A stretch of DNA of 64,000 bases, taken from the NCBI GenBank assembly GCA_964016885.1, contig OZ024741.1, positions 413,664,001 through 413,728,000 of the forward strand. Direction: 5' to 3'. Below are positions 1 through 12,175 of this stretch, piece by piece. The notes under the pieces were generated by a model, which was not told the DNA's origin, did no database searches, and saw only the letters and a list, made by a program, of their open reading frames with translations. Position numbers and translations under genes: made by a program. Positions within the stretch are counted from its first letter, which is position 1; each line of letters starts with the position of its first letter. Source of the stretch: Eledone cirrhosa. Taxonomy: Eukaryota.

Positions 1-3000
1 ACAGCTCTGATACTACAGACATGTGGTTAGAATGTCGCAGGAAAGAATGTCTGGATTGAGAGATCACAGCTCTGATATTACAGATGTGTGGTTAGAATGT
101 CTCAGGAAAGAATTTCTGGATTGAGAGATCACAGTTCTGATACTATGGACATGTGGTTAGAATATCTCAGGAAAGAATCTCCAAATTGAGACATCACAGC
201 TCTGATACTACAGACATGTGGTTAGAATGTCTCAGGAAAGAATCACTGGATTGAGAGATCACAGCTCTGATATTACAGACATGTGGTTATAATGTCTCAT
301 GAAAGAATCACTGGATTGAGAGATCACAGCTCTGATATTACAGACATGGGGTTAGAATGCCTCAGGAAAGAATCTCTGGATTGAGAGATCACAGTTCTGA
401 TACTATGGACATGTGGTTAGAATATCTCAGGAAAGAATCTCCAAATTGAGAGATCTCAGCTCTGATATTACAGGCATGTGGTTAGAATGTCTCATGAAAG
501 AATCACTGGATTGAGAGATCACAGCTCTGATACTACAGACATGTGGTTAGAATGTCTTAGGAAAGAATCTCCAAATTGAGAGATCACAGCTCTGATACTT
601 CAGACATGTGGTAAGAATGTCTCAGGAAAGAATCTCTAAATTGACAGATCACAGCTCTGATACTACAGACATGTGGTTAGAATGTCTCAGGAAAGAATCT
701 CTGAATTGAGAGATCACAGTTCTGATACTATGGACATGTGGTTAGAATGTCTCAGGAAATTTTCTCCAAATTGAGAGATCACAGCTCTGATATTACAGGC
801 ATGTGGTTAGAATGTCTCATGAAAGAATCACTGGATTGAGAGATCACCGCTCTGATTCTACAGACATGTGGTTAGAATGTCTCATGAAAGAATCACTGGA
901 TTGAGAGATCACAGCTCTGATGCTACAGACATGTGGTTAGAATGTCTCAGGAAAGAATCTCCAAATTGAGAGATCTCAGCTCTGATATTACAGGCATGTG
1001 GTTAGAATGTCTCATGAAAGAATCACTGGATTGAGAGATCACAGCTCTGATACTACAGACATTTGGTTAGAATGTCTTAGGAAATTTTCTCCAAATTGAG
1101 AGATCACAGCTCTGATATTACAGACATGGGGTTAGAATGCCTCAGGAAAGAATCTCTGGATTGAGAGATCACAGTTCTGATACTATGGACATGTGGTTAG
1201 AATGTCTCAGTAAAGAATCTTCAATTGAGAGATCACAGCTCTGATACTACAGACATGTGGTTAGAATGTCTCAGGAAAGAATCTCTTAATTGAGAGATCA
1301 CAGCTCTGATACTACAGACATCTGGTTAGAATATCTCAGGAAAGAATCACTGGATTGAGAGATGACAGCTCTGATACTACAGACATGTGGTTAGAATGTC
1401 CCAGGAAAGAATCTCTGAATTGAGAGATCACAGCTCTGATATTACAGACATGTGGTTAGAATGTCTCAGGAAAGAATTTCGGGATTGAGAGATCACAGCT
1501 CTGATACTACAGACATGTGGTTAGAATGTCTCAGGAAAGAATCTCCAAATTGAGAGATCACGGCTCTGATACTATGGACATGTGGTTAGAATGTCTCAGG
1601 AAAGAATCTCCATATTGAGAGATCACAGCTCTGATATTACAGGCATGCGGTTATAATGTCTCATGAAAGAATCACTGGATTGAGAGTTCACAGCTCTGAT
1701 ACTACAGACATGTGGTTAGAATGTCTCAGGAAAGAATCTCTGGATTGAGAGATCACAGCTCTTATACTATGGACATGTGGTTAGAATGTCTCAGGAAAGA
1801 ATCTCCAAATTGAGAGATCTCAGCTCTGATATTACAGGCATGTGGTTTGAATGTCTCATGAAAGAATCACTGGATTGAGAGATCACAGCTCTGATACTAC
1901 AGACATGTGGTTAGAACGTCCCAGGCAAGAATCTCTGAATTGGGAGATCACAGCTCTGATACTACAGACATGTGGTTAGAATGTCTCAGGAAAGAATCTC
2001 TGGATTGAGAGATCACAGCTCTTATACTATGGACATGTGGTTAGAATGTCTCAGGAAAGAATCTCTGAATTGAGAGATCACAGCTCTGATACTACAGACA
2101 TGTGGTTAGAATGTCTCAGGAAAGAATCTCCAAATTGAGAGATCACAGCTCTGATATTACAGGCATGTGGTTAGAATGTCTCATGAAAGAATCACTGGAT
2201 TGGGAGATCACAGCTCTGATACTACAGACATGTGGTTAGAATATCTCAGGAAAGAATCTCTGGATTGAGAGATCACAGCTCTGATACTTCAGACATGTGG
2301 TTAGAATGTCTCAGGAAAGAATCTCCAAATTGAGAGATCACAGCTCTGATACTACAGACATGTGGTTAGAATGTCTCAGGAAAGAATCTCTGAATTGAGA
2401 GATCACAGTTCTGATACTATGGACATGTGGTTAGAATGTCTTAGGAAAGAATCTCCAAATTGAGAGATCACAGCTCTGATATTACAGGCATGTGGTTAGA
2501 ATGTTTCATGAAAGAATCACTGGATTAGGAGATCACAGCTCTGATACTACAGACATGTGGTTAGAATGTCTCAGGAAAGAATCTCTGAATTGAGAGATCA
2601 CAGTTCTGATACTATGGACATGTGGTTAGAATGTCTTAGGAAAGAATCTCCAAATTGAGAGATCACAGCTCTGATATTACAGACATGTGTTTAGAACGTC
2701 TCAGGAAAGAATCTCTGGATTGAGAGATCATAGTTCTGATACTATGGACATGTGGTTAGAATGTCTCAGGAAAGAATCTCCAAATTGAGAGATCACAGCT
2801 CTGATACTACAGACATGTGGCTAGAATGTCTCAGGAAAGAATCTCCAAATTGAGAGATCTCAGCTCTGATATTACAGGCATGTGGTTTGAATGTCTCATG
2901 AAAGAATCACTGGATTGAGAGATCACAGCTCTGATACTACAGACATGTGGTTAGAACGTCCCAGGCAAGAATCTCTGAATTGAGAGATCACAGCTCTGAT

Positions 3001-4150
3001 ACTACAGACATGTGGTTAGAATGTCTCAGGAAAGAATCTCTGGATTGAGAGATCACAGCTCTTATACTATGGACATGTGGTTAGAATGTCTCAGGAAAGA
3101 ATCTCTGAATTGAGAGATCACAGCTCTGATACTATGGACATGTGGTTAGAATGTCTCAGGAAAGAATTTCCAAATTGAGAGATCACAGCTCTGATATTAC
3201 AGGCATGTGGTTAGAATGTCTCATGAAAGAATCACTGGATTGGGAGATCACAGCTCTGATACTACAGACATGTGGTTAGAATATCTCAGGAAAGAATCTC
3301 TGGATTGAGAGATCACAGCTCTGATACTTCAGACATGTGGTTAGAATGTCTAAGGAAAGAATCTGCAAATTGAGAGATCACAGCTCTGATACTAGAGACA
3401 TGTGGTTAGAATGTCTCAGGAAAGAATCTCTGAATTGAGAGATCACAGTTCTGATACTATGGACATGTGGTTAGAATGTCTTAGGAAAGAATCTCCAAAT
3501 TGAGAGATCACAGTTCTGATATTACAGGCATGTGATTAGAATGTCTCATGAAAGAATCACTGGATTAGGAGATCACAGCTCTGATACTACAGACATGTGG
3601 TTAGAATGTCTCAGGAAAGAATCTCTGAATTGAGAGATCACAGTTCTGATACTATGGACATGTGGTTAGAATGTCTTAGGAAAGAATCTCCAAATTGAGA
3701 GATCACAGCTCTGATATTACAGACATGTGTTTAGAATGTCTCAGGAAAGAATCTCTGGATTGAGAGATCATAGTTCTGATACTATGGACATGTGGTTAGA
3801 ATGTCTCAGGAAAGAATCTCCAAATTGAGAGATCACAGCTCTGATACTACAGACATGTGGCTAGAATGTCTCAGGAAAGAATCTCCAAATTGAGAGATCA
3901 CAGCTCTGATACTACAGACATGTGGTTAGAATGTCTCAGGAAAGAATCTCCAAATTGAGAGATCACAGCTCTGATACTACAGACATGTGGTTAGAATATC
4001 TCAGGAACGAATCTCTGGATTGAGAGATCACAGCTCTGATACTTCAGACATGTGGTTAGAATTTCTTAGGGAAGAATCTCCAAATTGAGAAATCACAGCT
4101 CTGATACTTCAGACATGTGGTTAGAATGTCTCAGGAAAGAATTTCTGGAC
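1..4150 (+). repeat. 65-bp tandem satellite (~64 copies, runs off the left edge), unit derived from RTE LINE coding sequence
   Basis: Unit ACAGCTCTGATACTACAGACATGTGGTTAGAATGTCTCAGGAAAGAATCTCTGGATTGAGAGATC recurs every 65 bp; variants translate IERSQL*YYGHVVRMSQERI. Confidence 0.97.
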
Positions 4151-4360
4151 AGATTTTACGGGCAAAACCTACTGGCAGGAGACTCAGCAGAAGACGCTGA
4201 ACAAGATGGTTGGATCACATCCATGAGCTTGACTGGTGTCAGTCGGAATCCTGCTGGCTCAAATGGAGATGGTTGCTTCTGACAGGACCTGCTGGGGGGA
4301 GTGTTTGAGGGCTCTGCCCCCACGACCCTCTCATGAATAAGTGGGCAAAGAAGAAGAATA
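4085..4360 (+). mobile_element. Decayed 3' end of an RTE (Expander-like) LINE, continuous with the last satellite unit
   Basis: Reads ...RMSQERISGQILRAKPTGRRLSRRR*TRWLDHIHEL, then CTGCCCCCACGACCC...ATAAGTGG and an (AAG)n tail, matching the RTE C-terminal pattern RSQLRWxGHxxRM...PTGRRPRGRPRTRW. Confidence 0.8.
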
Positions 4361-4448
4361 AGGGTTTTAGATAAATATTAACATTTTAACCCTATCATTA
4401 CCATATTTCTAATGAAAGACACTGTCTGTTTTTCAAATAATTATGGAA

Positions 4449-4665
4449 ATCATCATCATCACCATTTTACATCCATTTTTCCACGCTAGCATGGGTTGGA
4501 TGGGTTGTCCTATAGTGAGCAATGCTGGGTTAGGTGACCATGTCTTGTTCATACAGAACCGATTTTGGCTTGGTTACAACAGCTCGATGCCCTTCCTAAT
4601 GCCAACCTCATTTACAGTGAATACTGGGTGCTTTTTATTGTGACACCTACACGACCTCTTTACAA
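4449..4665 (-). mobile_element. RTE LINE/SINE shared 3' tail fragment
   Basis: (ATC)n tail, CCACGCTAGCATGGGTT and GATGCCCTTCCTAA motifs shared with the RTE 3' UTRs in this window. Confidence 0.85.
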
Positions 4666-4698
4666 ATTCAGTAATATGGATAACTTTCTGAATATTAA

Positions 4699-4700
4699 GT

Positions 4701-4735
<35 letters not shown>

Positions 4736-4756
4736 TTGTTGTTGTTGTTGTTGTTG
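4699..4756. repeat. (GCT)n/(GTT)n microsatellite
   Basis: Direct inspection; produces spurious polyL/polyQ ORFs. Confidence 0.95.
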
Positions 4757-4795
4757 ATAGGCGAAAAATAATCCCTTTTTTATGTTTTTTAACAG

Positions 4796-4926
4796 TTGTT
4801 TCCATGAAGATGTTAAAAGTATTAAATACAATTGGAATCTTTAAAAACGACGAAATTTGGTTTCCCACATATTATGCCTACAACACAATGTGGAATTTTT
4901 CTGATGCTAGCGCACAATTAGCTCTG
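4796..4926 (+). CDS. Host gene coding exon A (ARM-like helical protein; upstream exons outside the window)
   Basis: ttttttaacAG acceptor, CTG|GTAAGT donor, 131 nt open frame VSMKMLKVLNTIGIFKNDEIWFPTYYAYNTMWNFSDASAQLAL, ends phase 0. Confidence 0.8.
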
Positions 4927-5349
4927 GTAAGTAACTCTTCTGTTTTCCAGACAGGGCCATGTTAATCCACGGTTGACCCCGTAAGCTTTCACATACTTTG
5001 GCCTTACTGTGGCACTACAATCTTTTACGACACTACAAAAGACATTTCTGCAGGCTTGTATTAACTTATAATCAGACCCCTAGGCCTTCAGGTATTTCAG
5101 GACGCTTCTGACACATCAATCTCACCACCAACACCACCCAACACCACCCTCCATTTCAGGGCCCTTCTCACACATCAATCTTCCCACCCAACTCCACTTT
5201 CCACTACAGCAAAATAAACATGATGGCCTCATTGCTGGCTACTTCAGTCTTTCCCTCCACTACAATAAAAATTTAGAGGAACATCACCAGACCTGTTGTT
5301 TTAATCAAACTAATATTTAATTCTGTTCCTACACAAACAGAAAAAAGCA

Positions 5350-5470
5350 GCCAGCTGTAGAACATCAAGCCAGAATCAGTTCCCATATGAGCAAAACAAG
5401 GTCAGCCAACTGGACACTGCCCACAACAGCTAGTGTGGAAGAACAGACGTAAAATGGTGATGATGATGAT
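5350..5470 (+). mobile_element. RTE/SINE 3' tail fragment
   Basis: CCAGCTGTAGAA...CAAGCCAGAATCAGTTCC...GACGTAAAATG(GAT)n. Confidence 0.75.
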
Positions 5471-6003
5471 ACTGGTGGCCAAACGAGCTGGACAGATCGG
5501 TGACAACCAAACATATGATTAGAAATAAACCCAGGAATTGTTACGTGGGAAAATATACAGTTGGACTTAACGTTTTTGAAATCTAAAATAAGACATAATT
5601 AGATTGGTCAAAAATAAATAAATATAGACCATTAGACAGTTTATATGTTACTTATATTAGCTTCAAATAGATACTATACTAAAATATATATTTTATACCA
5701 AAGAAAATGTATTTTAGGATGCAAGACTCATATTGAAACTAAATAATAAAGAAGAAAAATTAGGATAATAAAATTCAAAGGTATATTATCTATGTTTATG
5801 TATAATTTAAATTGGTATTATATGAGTGGAAAGATGTTTAACATTTGGTATGGCTTTTTTATATAACTGATATGGCTATAATGCTATGGTCTTGGATTAT
5901 GTTATACATAAACCTTGCATCTTCAAAATATATATAATAAAATAAATAGAGATGATATAAAGTAACTATTTTTGTTTATTATTGTTATTTATAAATATAT
6001 ATA

Positions 6004-6197
6004 AGGGTGGTTGATTAGCAGTGTCGGTAGAGAGTCGGACACCATGCTTTGCAGCACAGTTACATCCCTTTACGGGACTGAGTTCAAATCCCGCCAAAGT
6101 TAACTTTGCCTTTCATTCTTACAGGGTCGATAAAATAAAGTACCAGTAATGTACTGGGTAATTGCTGGCCTTGTGCCAAAAGTACAAACAATTATTA
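6004..6197 (+). mobile_element. tRNA-derived SINE (family with GCCTTTCATCCTT..GGGTCGATAAAATAAAGTACCAG central domain)
   Basis: B-box GAGTTCAAATCC; central domain shared with copies at 10595, 17995, 19980, 20172; (ATT)n tail. Confidence 0.85.
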
Positions 6198-6221
6198 TAA
6201 TATATATATATATTGTGTATA

Positions 6222-6258
<37 letters not shown>

Positions 6259-6348
6259 GTTAGGTAATTCCGAAGGAAAAGCAAAGGAAAAAAGAGTGCT
6301 CTATGTATAGAACAGAGCTATTTAATTAGTAAGTGAACAACACAAAAT

Positions 6349-6451
6349 ATAACTACTCCATTACCAAAGATAACATCTCTGTCTGACGACCGATCCGGGC
6401 ACATATTATTATTGTCTGGGATCCAGAAACCTTTGGTAATGGAGTAGTTAT
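6349..6451 (+). ncRNA. Candidate type III hammerhead ribozyme with a long stem III, in a Penelope-like non-coding fragment
   Basis: ATAACTACTCCATTACCAAAG pairs with CTTTGGTAATGGAGTAGTTAT and encloses NUH (ATA), stem I ACA-tctc-TGT, CTGACGA, stem II GATCC..GGATC, GAAA. Confidence 0.7.
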
Positions 6452-6574
6452 GTTTATATATGCTAGTGTAAAAGATGGACGTTAAACGATGATGATATAT
6501 ATATATTTATTTTTTCTTTTATTCTTCCCACTGTCTGACACATAACAAAGGCAAAGAGAATAACAGAAAGACAG

Positions 6575-6790
6575 ATATATATGTGGGTGTATGTATATAT
6601 ATATATATTTCTTTCTCTATCCTCCCTCTCCCTTTATAAAGACACATATCATCATATATTTGTATGTGTGTATGTATATATGTATATGGAAATATATACA
6701 CACACACGCACACACACATATATGTGAGTGTGTATGTATATGTGTATATGTATGTATAAATATATGTATGTGTATATAAGTATGTATATG
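6575..6790. repeat. (TA)/(TG)/(CA) compound microsatellite
   Basis: Direct inspection. Confidence 0.9.
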
Positions 6791-7058
6791 AATGGTTGTG
6801 AAATGTGATGAGAAAATCTAGTTTCCCAAAGTCAGAAAATATTTGTAATTTCTGAGTTTCTGTGAGAATTTCTTTGTAAAACATTGAATAAAATTACATT
6901 GTTGTATAGTGGTGGTGCCCCAGCATGGTCTTGAGAACTATCATTGTGTTGTATAGTGCTCTCAATGTTGGCGATGCCTCAGCATGGCCTTGAGAACTAT
7001 CATTGTGTTGTAAAGTCCTCTCAATTGTGGTGGTGCCCCAGCATGGCCTTATGATACA

Positions 7059-9843
7059 AGAAGACGCGACAGAGTGTCTGTTGTAAACACTAAATCCCTC
7101 CCCCATGAAGAATGCACCCCCCCCCCCCAACATAGACTGATAATTAGCGACCTCATAGTCAGGACGAGACGTACCCGACAGCAGAAGAGGATTATCCTCA
7201 GGAGAAAAATATGGAAGTTAAAGGACCCCACAGCCAGAAATAAATTCCAAAGCATATTACTTGATGCTTTCGACAGTAAGGAAGTGCATTTAGAGTCGGA
7301 CAATATAGAGGGACAGTGGGAATTGCTGAAGGCAAACCTGCTGATGGCGGCAGACGAAGTCTGTGGCTGGAGCAGGCCTGTAGGCAGGAGGAGAGTAAGA
7401 TGGTGGTGGAACAGTAAGGTGGAGGGGTCAATTAAGGCCAAAGAGCAGGCTTGGAAAGTACGGCGGGATGGGGGAAGTAGAGAAGACTATCAAGTGGCCA
7501 GGAGGGAAGCTAGGAGACAAGTGTACTTCGCAAGAAGGGAAGCAGAGGAAAGAAAGTTCAAGCATGTTCTACAACGCGAGGACCAAAAACGTGAGGTGTT
7601 CAGGATTGCTAGGCAATGTGTCAAGGAAAACCGTGATATTGTCGGGGAGAAGTGTGTACTTAATGATGACGGCGTACTTGCCATCACCGACGCTGATAAG
7701 AAGGTAGCTTGGAAGTGTCACTATGAAAGGCTACTAAATGAGGAGAATAAATGGGAGAAAGACAGTCTCCCCCACATCGACCCAATAGAGGGACCAGCAG
7801 TGTTAGTCGAGGGTAGTATAATAAGTAAGGCAATCAAGGATATGAAGACGGGTAAGGCAGCTGGGCCTTCGGAAATAGTTGCTGAGATGCTGAAGGCATC
7901 TGGCACGGTGGGACACACCATGGTCACCCGGATAGTTAACCAAGTCGTACAGAATGGGGTTGTTCCGAAGGACTGGCGTAGCAGCATCATCGTTAACTGT
8001 TATAAGGGTAAAGGAGATGCCCTAGATAGGAGTAACTATAGAGGCATTAAATTAATCGAACAGGTCATGAAGGTCACGGAAAAAGTAATAGCGCAACTAA
8101 TCAGAGAGAGAATTGACCTAGATGAAATGCAGTTCGGGTTTGTGTCAGGCAAAAGTACCACAAAAGTACGACAACTACAGGAGAAGTACCTAGCTAAAAG
8201 TAAACCCCTCTACTTAGCTTTTGTCGACTTGGAGAAAGCCTTCGACAGAGTCCCCCGTTCCATTATCTGGTGGGCTCTTAGAAAACTAGGTGTCGACGAA
8301 TGGCTTGTGAGAGCTATACAAGCCATGTATAAAGAAACAGTCAGCAAGGTTAGAATTAACAACGAATATAGTGAAGAGCTTAGCGTAAAAGTTGGCGTCC
8401 ATCAGGGCTCTGTTCTCAGCCCCCTACTATTTATTATTGCCCTTCAGGCTATAACAGAGGAGTTCAAGACCGGCTGCCCATGGGAACTCCTATACGCAGA
8501 CGACCTAACACTCATAGCTGAATCAATGGCCGAGCTAGAGAAGAAATTCCAAACATGGAAGCACGGCGTAGAATCAAAAGGCCTTAAAATTAATTTGGCT
8601 AAGACCAAAGTTCTAGTTTGTAGGAAAGAAAATAAGGCGGCGGTCCCTTCCGGGAAGTGGCCATGCTCAGTGTGTAGGAAAGGCGTAGGTAGAAACTCCA
8701 TTTTGTGTCAGAAATGCAAAGTATGGGTGCATAAAAATGTAGTGAGATCACAGGTAAGCTAACTAAGAACATAGATTTCACATGTGGCCGGTGCTCTGGT
8801 GCAATAAGTAGCAGCAAGTGCCCACAAATACTAGCTCTTTCAACTGCGCAGAGGGCTCTATAGAAATAGTGGACAGCTTCCGTTACCTGGGTGACAAAAT
8901 CAGCAGTGGGGGAGGGTGCTCTGAAAGTACAGTAGCTAGAGTCAGAATTGGATGGAAAAAGTTCAGAGAGCTTATACCACTATTAGCCGCTAAAGGGTTC
9001 TCCCTAAAAATGAAAGGCAGGTTCTATGATGCCTGCATACGAACAGCAATGTTGCATGGCAGTGAGACCTGGGCATTGTGTGCAGAGGATATACGCAGAC
9101 TAGAGAGGAACGAAGCTTGCATGCTCCGCTGGATGTGTAATAGTAATATACGTGAACGGCAAAGCATAAACGAACTAAGGAAAAGATTAGAAATAAGAGG
9201 GATCAGATGTTGTTTACTCGAGAGAAGGCTACGCTGGTATGGACACGTGATGCGCATGAAAGTCGATAGCTGTATAACAAAGTGCAGGGCAATAAAGATA
9301 GACGGTAGCCACGGAATAGGCAGACCTAGAAAAACCTGGGACGAGCTGATAAACTCCGACCTCACACACTTACACCTCTCCAAGACAATGTCACTGGACC
9401 GAGACCTTTGGCGGTACTCAGTAACAGAGAAGACCCGCCTTACCTAAATACATAGTAAAACCTACTACAGTCAGTAGGCATCTCTAACAAAATACACCCC
9501 CGTCCCACCACCCCCACCCCATCCACACCGCCCCCTTCTATGTAAAGTTGTGTTGGTGCCACACCATCCAGGCCGAAACAAATGAGATCGTGTAGGTGTC
9601 ACGACAAAAAAACACACAGTCCACACTGTAATGTGGCCGTGTAGGCAACACGGTAAAAACCTCCCAGCCCCACACTGTAAATGTGGTTGGTGTTAGGAAG
9701 GGCATCCAACTGTAGAAAACCTGCCAGACAGTCCTATGCGAGCAAGACAATCACTCTTGCCTCAAGTGGGAAAACCCCCCGTCCAAACCCATGCAAGCGT
9801 GGAACACGGACGTTAAACGTTGATGATGATGATGATGATGATG
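7059..9843 (+). mobile_element. RTE-clade LINE copy 1, 5'-truncated, frameshifted RT pseudogene
   Basis: ORFs 7074-8762 and 8818-9447 with RT motifs (NYRGIKL, AFVDLEKAFD, GVHQGSVLSP, YADD), PHD-like finger, RLRWYGHV, (GAT)n tail. Confidence 0.97.
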
Positions 9844-9974
9844 AATAGAGTACTTTATGGAGTGACTATGGAAGTACAGCCATATGCTGCAACTATAGCA
9901 TCTGCAGCAATCTCTAGATGGCGAGAAGTTGTTGCTGTTTGTGTGGAATATGATAACCTCTCTCATGCTGGTAC

Positions 9975-10405
9975 TATGATAACATACACCCAGTACACTC
10001 TGTAAAGTGGTAGTGCTGGTGCCATGATAAAATACACCCAATCCATTCTGTAAAGTGGTAGTGTTGGTGTCATGATAAAATACACCCAGTACACTCTGTA
10101 AAGTGGTAGTGCTGGTGCCATGATAAAATACACCCAGTCCACTCTGTAAAGTGGTAGTGTTGGTGTCATGATAAAATACACCCAGTCCACTCTGTAAAGT
10201 GGTGGTGCTGGTGCCATGATAAAATACACCCAGTCCACTCTGTAAAGTGGTAGTGCTGGTGCCATGATAAAATACACCCAGTCCACTCTGTAAAGTGGTT
10301 ATGTTGGTGTCATGATAAAATACACCCAGTACACTCTGTGAAATGATAGTGTTGGTGTCATGATAAAATACACCCAGTACACTCTGTGAAATGGTAGTGT
10401 TGGTT
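9975..10405 (+). repeat. 48-bp minisatellite (~9 copies) related to the RTE 3'-UTR motif
   Basis: Unit TGATAAAATACACCCAGTCCACTCTGTAAAGTGGTAGTGCTGGTGCCA; resembles GTGCCACGGCAAAAAAGCACCCAGCCCACACTGTAAAGTGG of RTE/SINE tails. Confidence 0.93.
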
Positions 10406-10594
10406 CCATTGTCTGAGTGATATCCAAAATAAGGACCATTTATTGCAAGCATGTCACCAATTCCAGTTCTATAAAGAAGACATCAAAGCTGGAGATTCTT
10501 GTATGAAAGTTTATCAAGAATTTGTCAACAATTCTTTATTAAAATATATTTGGTTTTTGTTAGATTAGAAATGTTTTATTAAATTACTCTTGAT

Positions 10595-10805
10595 TGACAG
10601 TAATCGGTAGAGCATCGGACACCATGCTTTGTGGCATAGAGTTACGACCCTTTACGTTCTGATTTAAAATCACACCAAAGGTAGCTTTGCCTTTCATCCT
10701 TACAGGGTCAATAAAATAAAGTACCAGTAATACACTGGGGTTGATTTAATGGACTCCCCCTCTCCCCCTAAAAAAATTGTTGGCCTTGTGACTAAATCAG
10801 AATCC
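10595..10805 (+). mobile_element. tRNA-derived SINE, same family as 6004-6197
   Basis: TCGGTAGAGCATCGGAC head; GCCTTTCATCCTTACAGGGTCAATAAAATAAAGTACCAG. Confidence 0.85.
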
Positions 10806-10912
10806 ATTAAATCACCAAATATATCCCTAAACACCCCGCGGACTCTGTATATTTATTCTTCATGTCTTCTTTATTGATCTATTTATTCAAAAGATGTCTC
10901 TTCTATTTTCAG

Positions 10913-10993
10913 AGTCTTGCAGAGTCAGATGCTGTGAGGTTGTTAACCTGTAACTGTGGCCACAAACCTTACCTAAATGCCATCCATAGCAAG
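10913..10993 (+). CDS. Host gene coding exon B
   Basis: ctcttctattttcAG acceptor, AAG|GT donor, 81 nt phase 0-0, SLAESDAVRLLTCNCGHKPYLNAIHSK; in frame with exons A and C. Confidence 0.75.
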
Positions 10994-11049
10994 GTTTCTA
11001 TTTATTTCACTTTCTTTCACTCTCATTCCTTTTTTCTGGCTTTCATTTT

Positions 11050-11243
11050 CTATCTTTCAGTGTCTGTCTGTCTGCCTGTCTATCTGTCTCTCTTTGTCTC
11101 TGTCTGTCTGTGTATATCTATCTGTCTCTCTATCTCTCCCTCTCGGTCTGCCTGTCTCTCTCTCTCTCGCTCTCTCTCTCACTCTCTCTCTCTCACTCTC
11201 TCTCTCTCTCTCCCTCTCTCTCTCTCCCTCTCTCTCTCTCTGT
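11050..11243. repeat. (CT)n/(CTGT)n microsatellite
   Basis: Direct inspection. Confidence 0.95.
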
Positions 11244-11639
11244 CATGACTGTACATCAGCCCTTTTAAACCCTTTTGATTCCAAACCACCTGAAACTGAC
11301 CCTGGTTTTATGATATAATATTATCTAATTTATCTCAAAACCTTCCATAATAGTTTTATGTAAGAACCTTTGTTAAGTTATGTTCCAAACACCCCCTGGT
11401 TCTACAATACAAAACTGTTTATGTTAAACTGTTTATATTTATCTAAAAACCTTTCACCATAACTTTATGTAAGAACTTTTGATAATCTCTTCTCTAGCAT
11501 CAACCTTAACTTCAAGGGTTGGTCACATTCTGATAAGTTTGTGATCCGCCCTGTAGCAGTGGAGACACCCAGTGTTCTTGGTCCCCAGACGACCTCCCTA
11601 CTCTGTATTATCAGGGTGCAGTTGGTTACCCACAGCATA

Positions 11640-12166
11640 TCTATATATATAAAGCTGTGGTTGTCTGTCTGTCTATCGATTTTTGGCACACATCTCCTCT
11701 TAGAATCTCTGACGGAATTGCACCGAAATTGCTATACTTGTACATTGAGCCCTAGCGAAGACATCGGAAAAAAAATATTTCAAATTGACCCACCCTATGT
11801 GACGAAATCGAATCTAATGTATCGATTTTTGAGCGTAAGTGACGAGTTATTTCCCTTTGTTCTGTTTACATTGAGCGTCTTACGTTGTTTTTCTCTGCGT
11901 TGCAGTGTTTACATTTTCGATCTTTGTTAATAAATAACCAGTGCAGTTTTTATCCCCAGCATCCTCTTTTGTTATAACATTCGGGTTATCGTTATGTTTT
12001 CTTAACTTCATAAGGCATATTGTTGGTTGAGGGAATATTAATCAAAAACACCACATGCAAGTCTGCACAGTAGACACTACAGTTTTTAAGCCAAAAAAGA
12101 AACTTAACATTGTAACTTTAACACAGCTACTGAGCGACCCCGAGCAACGCCGGGCTTTACTGCTAG
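11640..12166 (+). mobile_element. Solo non-autonomous Helitron (527 bp)
   Basis: 5' TC, subterminal hairpin CCCGAGCAACGCCGGG, 3' CTAG, inserted between A and T with no TSD; same family as the 39330-58052 array. Confidence 0.93.
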
Positions 12167-12175
12167 TATAATATA

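Noticed and set aside
1-4150. CRISPR-like appearance of regular repeats (also 12176-13595, 15622-17065)
   Set aside because: Units are contiguous with no unique spacers, there are no cas genes, and the context is eukaryotic
4565-4831. PolyQ/polyL ORFs
   Set aside because: Produced by a (GCT)/(GTT) microsatellite in intronic sequence
9751-10452. 233-aa ORF with 16-aa repeats
   Set aside because: Artefact of a 48-bp (multiple of 3) minisatellite overlapping a LINE tail
10468-10509. Possible extra + strand exon (FYKEDIKAGDSCMK)
   Set aside because: Weak splice sites; exons A and B already join sensibly without it; no independent support
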